NCBI GenBank assembly: GCA_012295275.1
Contig: CM022671.1
Location: 12,648,001-12,712,000 of the forward strand
Direction of reading: 5' to 3'
DNA length: 64,000 nucleotides
Source of the DNA: Chrysomallon squamiferum
Taxonomy: Eukaryota; Animalia; Mollusca
Shown: piece by piece, positions 54,326 to 64,000 of the stretch
Layout of the letters: each line of letters opens with the position of its first letter
Position numbering within the stretch: the first letter of the stretch is position 1
The notes under the pieces: model-generated
Seen by the model: the letters and a program-made list of their open reading frames with translations, nothing else
Told to the model about the DNA's origin: nothing
Database searches by the model: none
Position numbers and translations under genes: made by a program

Positions 54326-54406
<81 letters not shown>
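54326..54406. repeat. (AG)n microsatellite
   Basis: Direct reading. Confidence 0.97.
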
Positions 54407-54407
<1 letters not shown>

Positions 54408-55943
54408 ACGATGAAAATGGAATGTAACATACGCTCAAAAGCCGTCAGAGGAAATAAATCACTCCTTCAGAGTAGCAATTAATTCCTCATTACAACTAAG
54501 GACTAAACTTAATTTTTATTGCAAGTAGTATTAACGTATCCATATCAGATGTTTCAGTTTAATATCAAATTTATATCACACAGTGTATTCACTTTTCACA
54601 CCCTTTAGCCCACTGGCGATAACAATATAGTTGTAGAAGCTACTGTACCGCTATATTCAAAAGCTATCTGGCTTTCTTATGGAAGACCGTTGCTGCCAGC
54701 GTATACGGCTTTAATCTTCCTTATTCGTCTTTATTTATAGATTCATTAGATTAAAAGTAGGAATTCTAAAGCTTTTCTATTTTGGTCTGCCATACTGTTT
54801 TGGCCTATATGTTCTGACTTTCGTACGCTTGATTTAGTTTCTCATTCAAGTCCTACATGAATAAAAAAAAAGGCATAAATGGAACATTGTTGTCTTATTT
54901 GTGACTGTTTTATTTAGCTTTTTATTTGATTTTTCTGCCATCGTGGCAATGCCTTGGAAATAAGAGTTACGAAAAAATATATGAAATAAGCTTTGTGAGA
55001 GACATCTGGCTTTAGAACGGGTTATTAAAAATCGAGATTCTTCAAAATGGTAATTGTGCGCGCAAAAGAAAACAAAAAACAAATTCACTTTTTTTTTTAA
55101 CTACCTGACTAACTAATCTGAATTATTTATTGCTAAGCACCCGATTCATAAAATAATTTAAAAAATAGATAAATAAATAAATAAATAAAAAAGAATGAAC
55201 AGGAAAGACAACTCTATATGGTCGTCTGCAAAAGGACATCAAAATTACAGAAATATTACCTATTACCTGAGCGACAACTTTAACTCAGAAAGTTTGTAAC
55301 TACACTTGCTAAAATCTTCCGTCTGTTTCGTGTATTATCGTCATGTACATTCTGCTGCTGCAGAAAAGAATTTTAATAAATACTAATTTATTTGAAATGT
55401 AATTTAAAATAAATAATTATGAATAAATATAAAGTTATATATCAAAATAAAAATTAAAATTAAATAAAAAAAAAATAAAAATTGCTTTATTGGACATATT
55501 TATTATAATATATTTAAAAGCATGAAATAAGAATAGATTAACTGTTACAAAATAGTTATGCGAAATTTTAGTGTTCATTACATAATTGTGTATTAATAAT
55601 CGTCTCTGCCTTCGTCTTATTCGACAAACTGTGGCGGAACTAATTAAGTTAGAATATAGAAAAGCGTATTTTATCCACCAGTCAAACTGTTGAAAAATCA
55701 TTCAGGCACGAACTGGAACTATCTTGAGATCCAAAATCAGAATATAATTATCTCGATCGGAAAAACATAATTCAATTTTACTTTGTGTTCTCCTTCTTCT
55801 TTTCTTTCTTTTTTTGAAACAAAAATGTTAGAATCATTTTTTTATATTCTTATTTACTTACTTGTTCATGGAGAAGAAGAAACGAAAAAAAATGTAATTA
55901 AAATTAGCCTCTAGATTGCTATTAGTGCATTTTTACGTGAATT

Positions 55944-55946
<3 letters not shown>

Positions 55947-56002
<56 letters not shown>
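55947..56002. repeat. (CT)n microsatellite
   Basis: Direct reading. Confidence 0.97.
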
Positions 56003-56004
<2 letters not shown>

Positions 56005-57645
56005 GACAAGAAATATTACTGACAAAAATAATTGCAGGTATGTACAAAACATGGAGTTGTGCCTATCTTGGTCCTATAATTCGCTTTCGACTTTCGATTC
56101 AATTTGTCCTATTGAATGAAACCCTAAAATGGCGCCTGTCACACATATTTTATTGACACGTTACCGATAGAAATCTCTCCATACACTGTTGTTGTTAATT
56201 ATTATCGTTTTATTTTATTTTATTTATTTTGTTAATTATTATTGCTAACCCCTCTCCCACCACACTTATTAGTTTGATCTAATTATATTTATATTACCTA
56301 ATCATTTCTTTATGATGAAGGAAGAAAATAGTCTATGCTTACAGTTCTGAGCACTTGAATGCTAACATAGCAATGTTTATAATGAAGTGAGTTAGAGCTA
56401 ATAGTTTTAATATTGTTGATAAATCAAAGAATTAAAATAGCTTGAATTTATTCAAGTGTGTGTAATATGCTAAAGAGTTTATTTTAAAAGCAGACGTTTA
56501 GTGTTAGTTCTCTGTTTACCGTTTATCCGAAGTTGCCTTTTATTAATTAGAACATTTATAATTAATACTGTCTCAGCGCTGTAATTGAAGAACTGCGCTG
56601 AAATAATTGCTAAATAATAAATGAAATCAGTAAAACAGGTAAATTAAAATGTTGTTATAATAAATAAATTAATTAATGTTATCTGCTTCACTGATATATT
56701 ATTATTACTATCTGTTACTAATATCAATATATTATTCATTATCATCATATGGTTATTTTTTAAAAAATGTGATGGATGTTGAAAAGTATAAGTAATTGTT
56801 TTTTAAATCATATTTCTAATGTTACTAATGTTGCTGAATTAAAATGAAAAAGTATTTTCAACTTGCGATATTAAAGTGTCAACAAGGTAAAATAATTATT
56901 ATTTCTATATCATTTTTATATTCAGGGGGGTATTACTTTTTTTATTTAACATTGTTTTATTCGCATTGTATGTAAAACATTAGTTATTGATTTATTTATT
57001 TTTCAAAAGTAACATTGTGTGTGTGTGTGTGTGTACACAAAAACACCCAAACGCATTTATATGTATTATATTCTGAAACTTTTTTAATCCGCTAATTCAG
57101 TAGTTTAAATCAATGGGCCAGTACCATTTGTTTCAATCTCACGATCCATATGCATGAAAAAAAACTTTTAACAACGACAGTTTAACTATATATATCTTTG
57201 TGGACTTTCTTTTCACTGAGGTATATCTATATCACATTTCTGCCATTGTTAATGGCTCTTTGTCATTTGCTTCGGGTAGCAACGTGACAATCGTTCCTTA
57301 ACCCACGGATCTGTATACAATGGAACGTTTAAATATTTCTGTATTTCGCTAGAGAGTAGAGGCCAGGAAAGTAAATTCCCTTCGAGAGATAAGTGTTAAA
57401 TTCTGGCATGACACTTGATCCGTTCAGCCAGTATTGTACGGAATCTGATTTCTGAAAACAAATAAAATAAAATAAAAATAAAAATCTATTTCAAGCGTTC
57501 GTTGACGAAATGTCAACCAAAACACAAAACCGAGGTTGACGAAAGCGCAGTAACCATCGTCATTATTTAACATTTGTTCTGTGAACAATGGGTTTTTGTT
57601 AAAGGACCTATATTCGTGTTGAATTAAGCGGGGTATTTGTATGTT

Positions 57646-57877
57646 GATATAAGAGTGATAAAGCCATTAGCACGCTAGCAGTGTTTAGGCTACCGCAGTT
57701 TGCCTGGCTATGGTTAATCCTTGAACACGCTATGTGGTCACGCAAATTTGGGACATTGCTTATGGTTTAGTGTACTTGTCACCAAGTACTGTGTAAGCGC
57801 AGTAGTCGGTCGACTTGTTAACGGATGAAACTACGTACAGATTGACATTTCAAACACAACTGTTGTCCGAGGTAAGA
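57646..57877 (+). other. Candidate promoter and non-coding first exon of a downstream gene
   Basis: GC/CpG-richer block after gaTATAAGag (~57647), ending in the strong donor CCGAG|gtaaga (57871/57872); only very short ORFs inside. Confidence 0.4.
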
Positions 57878-60800
57878 TATCTTTAAAGTGCCCATAATGT
57901 GTTTTCAGTGTAAGTGTTAAAATGAAAATAAATAAATGACTTAGAGGAAACTGAAAAGTATATTTATCTGTCACAGTAAATAAATAAATTAATTAATTAA
58001 AATAAATTAAAATATATTTTCGTTGTTTCGATTCATTATATAAGTTCATATTATTATCTATTTCTGTTTCCAGGTTTTAATATAAAAGGTGGGTAGGTGT
58101 AATTCAATACTATAATGCTCTGCAGAATCATTTCTTCCCTGTGCAAATATATAATATATATGTACGTAAGATAAAAGTTTCTTCTAATGAATTATTTCTA
58201 TTTTAACCGTTAACTATCAATGGAATTCACTAAAGTCAAATTAATTAACAGCGAAACAGATCAAACTTGAATTCTCGTATTTAATCAATTATACAAAGAT
58301 TAGCATTTAAACAATGGTTTATTTGTCGTTTAGTAAGGCATTCTGTGCCTGATGCAAGAAAGGTCAAATGGTATGTGCTGTCTTGGTGTATTGTTATATA
58401 ATGCTCGTAAGACAAACTACTGGTAAAGTGACAGTGATTTGTTCTAATTATATTTCTTTTGATTTTGCTTTTTCACTTACTTTGTTGTTGTTTTCCTAAC
58501 AGTAAAAAGTTACACTTGTTAATTATTATACTTTCGTTACAAAATCATAAATCACAAAATTATTCCTAATAATTATTATTATCAAAGGTGTTTTCCTGTC
58601 AGTATACAAATGTTCATTAATTTAATTTTCTGGATAAAAAAAAAAAATGTCATTGTGTAATAATTTTCTCTACTTTCATTAGCACGCTAGTGATATTTGA
58701 TATTAACTATAACAACAAAATTATGACCATAATCGCCGTTTTATAACTAATCTAAATTGCGTTTGGTATTTATTTACTTGTCAAGATAGTTTTTTATTCT
58801 AATTTTTTATGTTTTATTTTGTTGTTTTTTTGTTTTTTTTTCAGTTTTCTTTTATGAATAAATCATAAAGTATCCGCAGTTCGTACTCATGACGTATGTG
58901 TACTTATATATGAGTTAATAACATAGTTTGTCACATCTGGATATTATGGCTTAAACTGTGTCCTCTACAAGTTACACTGTCTGACTATGCCTTAAGTAAA
59001 CTACATCCACAAACTGGCTCTGCTTATAGATTAATAAAAATACCGTTTTTAGTTCTCGCCACTTTTTAATAGAATATCATACATGAATAATCTCCAGCTC
59101 AATTCAGTAATCTTCTACCTATTTGAAGCATCCAGTGTATAGAACTATACGAACAGTTTGCACTGTTCCTTTTCTACTGGTTTTTACACTAAGGTTTTTT
59201 GTTCATACATTTCTATCAATGTATAGTTCAAGCACTATGTTGTCATCAAATAGACTTTGGGGAGGTTTTCTTTATATTATTATGTAGATCCTTTCTATAA
59301 CCTGACGACAATTCGTATCTCTGTTTTTAATATCAAGATTTCGTTTTTAACAACAAGAGAGATGTAACTGAGTACATGTTATTTTCAAGAGTTTCTGTTC
59401 AGTACAAATTTTATAGAGATATATATTGTACTTTACATCTCTATATGTGAATGCATAAATTAATTTGCATTCTGAAAATTATACTTTTATAATTAAAATG
59501 TCGAAGTTTTATAACAGAATGGTCTAAAATACATTTCTATAGGTACACCGCTTCCGAATTGAGTCAACAAAAATGTTTGTTTAATATTATCGTTTTTTAT
59601 TAAATAATCGCTTATTTACTCAGTTGTAACAATATTGTATGACTCGTAGTGAAAGCAAAGGCAGCAACTGTACAGAATTATTATTAATAGTCTCAAAATA
59701 GTTTACTAAAACACTGGTGTTAAAATATCAGTTGGTTTTAAATATCAATATAAATGATAATTTTTTTTTTTTTTTTAAAGTAATAAAAAGATGGTTGAGA
59801 AGATCTATCACTGAAAACATCAACTGAAACCTTTATCTGAAACCTTTATCCAGAGTGCAGATGGCAAATCAATTTTATTTATATTTTTATTACAGTCGGA
59901 AATCCTGCTGTGCTGTGTTATTAAATGTAATTAATGTTATGGTGACAATATTTTTCTTCCAGCTTTGGGAATTGTATTGAAGCAAAGGAACATAATCTAC
60001 ATACCTAACATTTACTATGACAGCTACTACAGCTGATATTTGAAGGTTATATGCTTCTAATTGCTAATCACCCAGAACTAATATACAGTCATTTGTATTT
60101 CATTTAAATATTTTCTCTTCTTTATTAAATCTCTATAATTGTATCCCTAAATAATCTGTTACCATTGAAATATATATTTTTTTTATGTCTCATTGCCATA
60201 GACGAAGAATTAATTCCACCGACAATTAAAGTGTTTAGTTTCATTTTACTAGTTAACTTGGAAACAGTCAAACTCACGTTCAACATTTTAATGAATCATT
60301 AAAAGCTGAATGACAGTAAAGTATTTTTAGCAATAATATGTGAAATGTAGAATGCGATAAAAATATATTACAGTTTCTGTTAGGTAAAGGATTAATATGT
60401 ATACAATGTATTAGTAACATTAGTATGAGAAGCATTAGTGTGGAAATGATAAAAAGGTCTATGTACGATTTAAAGAGAAAAAAAAAAAATATACATATAC
60501 AGAGCCTCAAAACAAAAATACTAAAAACACATACATACATAAATAGATTAACCAACGGCAAACATACACTGATATGGTTCTGACTGACGGACATAAATCA
60601 GAGAGATGTGCATACAGACACAACTTTACATCATACAAAAGAAAGCAAAAAGAAAAATCAAAAATCCATTTTATTTTGTATTTCAAAAGCACTGTTTTTC
60701 GTTATCAGTAACATTCCCTACTGCTGTATTGTTTTTCAGTACTTAATTATCTTCAGGAAATTATTTATTAATAATGGATACATATTCCTTTTTATAATTT

Positions 60801-61108
60801 TGTTTTTCCTTTCCAGTTTTACAGACTGATAAACGAATCTCTTTTGTTGTAACTTATGAACTCTGCCTGAGCGCGAAAATCGTTTCCTGTTGTTTCCCTG
60901 AATAACATTTTATACTAAAATATTCTTATAGATAAAAGTATTATTGTTGTTGTTGTTTGTGATGTTGCTGCTGCTGATCTGTTGTTATTTTAGTGTTGTG
61001 CTATTGTTCTTGTTTTGTTCATGTTTTGTTTATTAATTATGAATCATTTTATGATCAACTTATTATTTACTTATTTATTTATTAATATCAGTTTTATTAT
61101 CACTATTA

Positions 61109-61123
61109 TTGTTGTTGTTGTTG

Positions 61124-61163
<40 letters not shown>
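61109..61163. repeat. (TTG)n(TTA)n microsatellite
   Basis: Direct reading. Confidence 0.95.
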
Positions 61164-61164
<1 letters not shown>

Positions 61165-61895
61165 GAAATGTCATATGTGAACAGTTTAAAACACACTAAA
61201 ACTGATCAATCACGTTTCGATGAGTAGTAATGCATATTCTTACTAACTCACAATACAGTAAATTAGATTGTTCAACCATGTTAATATCGGTTAGTTAGAG
61301 TAAAAACAGCGGTCATCCTCTTGGCTTCAACATATTTCAACTGAATAGAAAAAGTAGGCCTTTTTAACAAAACGACACAACGGGTTGTAGCCGTAAGGTT
61401 AGATCCCAAATTTGAAATATGAGAGTTCGCAAGAACAATCATCTACAGTGCACATATTCGCTATATGCTTTTCAAACTAATATCCATAACTGATTTCTGG
61501 AAAATGTTATGTAAAAGATTCCTCGCTGTTAATCGAAAAATAGTTTGGTGACTATTGTTATCTGTATAGTTTTTAATCAAATTCAATAACCACTACAACT
61601 TAAAAATGTCTTCATGGGGAGTTTAAATCTGAAGTTTGCTTATTTATATGAAAGTATTCTGATTCCATCAATGAAACAACGAAAAGGCTTAAAATTATTT
61701 TTATATACATATTTGTAATTATGTTTTGAAAATAAACTCGGATTCTAGTCTATAATAAAAATATATATTTGTTTTTATTCATTTTTTTCCCCTACAGTTC
61801 ATTGTGTGTAATTTATTTTCTCCACTCCATTTTTTGACTCATTTACGTTACCAGTAGTCGATGTTTTTTCTTCCTTTCTTTTATTTTTATTATGA

Positions 61896-61936
<41 letters not shown>

Positions 61937-64000
61937 CTTTTTCTATCTTTTATTTATCAATTTAATATATAAAAAATTATACAACTTTAAATGAATTACA
62001 CTTCTGATTCGCAGTATCAAAATGGTTCTACAACTGCTCTAAATATCGTCAGCATACTAAATGCGGCCATTGAAACCAAATTATTAAACAAATATTGCAT
62101 TTCGTCTGTAGCTTGTTTCGAAGTGAGCCGAGTAATTAAAGTGACAAATGATTAGTGGAGCATAGATATGCATAATAAGTCTTGTTTAATGCATTAACTT
62201 TCTATATATCCTTTAATTTTGAGTTTAGACAAAGAAACTGATTTACATTAAGAGGCTTATTGCTAACATTTTGAGTGATGCAGTATTCGTTTCTTTGTTG
62301 GCTATACATAATAGCAGTAATAATAGTAGTAGTGGTAGTAGTAATGATAGTGATCATGTAACAACTATGTGTAGAAGGGCTTAATAGTATCACTAGTAAC
62401 TAGTTATTTTTGTTGTTATGATAATAGTTGCTGTTTCATCTCTTTTTCGGATAAGCGCACTTCATTGTTTATGTACATTTAACAGATGTAATCGTATAAA
62501 TGCATTTAAGTCCAATATGACATTTATAACAAGATCATCGAATAAGAAGCTGGTTAACAGTAATTACATGTACTCAACTACTCTTACTGATCGCAAATAA
62601 CCTGGTGTAAAAAATACTTTTCATTTAACAAATACTTCTTGCTAACTGAAGAAATTCATTAGATCAATCAGTATTGCTGAAATAGAACATTAACATCCTT
62701 CAGTTTTGCATCATATCAAAGACCTGCATCGGGAATCATTGTTAGGCATCCTGTCTTTATCTACTAGTAAGCATAGCATATAAAAAACCTCTTTTTTTAT
62801 ATTTTTTTTTTTTTTTTTTTTTAATGGTGTGAACACTGATGGTTGTTTTTGAGTTCGGTTTAGAGATCGGCATAAACCCAGAAAACCTAATAGATAAACT
62901 TACGCACAACCACAAACCAGGCAGTAATAATAATAAAACAAAAAAATAATAATCATCACCAGCAATAATAATTACAAAAAATTCTTTTCTAGATTTTACT
63001 TTTTCCTTTTACTTATTTATTTATTTGTTTGTTTGTTCGGTGGATTTTTTTATTTTTATTTTTGTAAGTTTATTCCATACACTTATATTGTTAATGAGTG
63101 ATTATTTAGTAAGTGGATTTATTTAGCGTATCGATATTTCCATTTCTTATTCAGTGTGCATGTTCACAATGAAATATGTTAATATTAAAGATATGTCGAA
63201 TAATGGCATCTTGAAAGGTGTAAATGACGTAGCAAACGAATGATTGACTGACACCGGTTTCGTATTAAGTGCTGTTGTACGAGTTCAGTTACCCATTAAA
63301 GAGGTTTTAATGTTTGCTTTCTTTTTATACCTTAAGTTCTGTTGACTTTTTACAATTTTCTTTTTATCTTAAGCTCTTACTGTAAACCTCGATTAATACG
63401 GGCGTACAGAACACCCAGTTCAGATAAGCATGCTAAAACACCAAGAAAGACCGATAACTAAGACAAGCAAAATGAAGCGGAACGTCCGTACCTGTTTACT
63501 AAGTTTGTTTTAACAGAACATGTAATGGTAATTTTGGGGAAGTTGTGAAGGTTGTATTGTTTGTTTAATACAATGAAAAATTCGCTTACGAAGTTACACA
63601 CTCACTTCGAAATAGCTATGTTTTTTTTTTTTTTTTTTTTATGAGTATGCCGGTGCATTTTTCATTGCTTTTACTGCCTCGAATATATTTTGTGTGACGA
63701 AAATGTGTAATTCTTAATTAAAAACAGGTTTTAAAAAGTAAGCAAACTGAACAAACAATTTCTCCCAAATACAATAAAATTTTGAAAAGGACATCCTGCT
63801 AATAATTATTAATTTAAATTATTATTATTTAAATACGCAAAAGTCTTACTTTAAACAGACCTTCTGGTATTTTCACTTGATCTCGTTAAAAAAAAAAAGT
63901 AATTGAATAAAAAAAAAAAAGTAAATAAAAAAAAAAAAATAAAAAAAAAATACTTAGGGTAATAACATATGCATAAATCTGGTATTATGTATTTAGAATG

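Overview
AT-rich, microsatellite-dense eukaryotic (metazoan, most likely gastropod mollusc) DNA. Nearly all ORFs in the supplied track are artefacts of simple repeats. Three spliced genes could be assembled by hand with GT-AG junctions and consistent phases. (1) A 4-exon, 142-aa secreted protein with two chitin-binding type-2 (peritrophin-A/CBM14) domains (+, 38267-42275). (2) A convergent 3-exon, 387-aa secreted, Cys-free, basic, low-complexity Tyr / Gly-Ala / Pro-Asn protein of no family I recognise (-, 45291-43449). (3) An 11-exon, 339-aa POLDIP2 orthologue (+, 47513-51772), head-to-head with gene 2. Positions 1-38 kb and 52-64 kb are gene-poor: a decayed SINE, probable LINE/DNA-transposon relics, three minisatellites (two carrying repeated bZIP-type motifs), and isolated candidate first exons of genes that probably extend outside the window. 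The most interesting signal is the tail-to-tail pair of a chitin binder and an orphan disordered secreted protein, a candidate chitin-scaffold/matrix biomaterial module. No tRNA, rRNA, CRISPR or recognisable miRNA was found.
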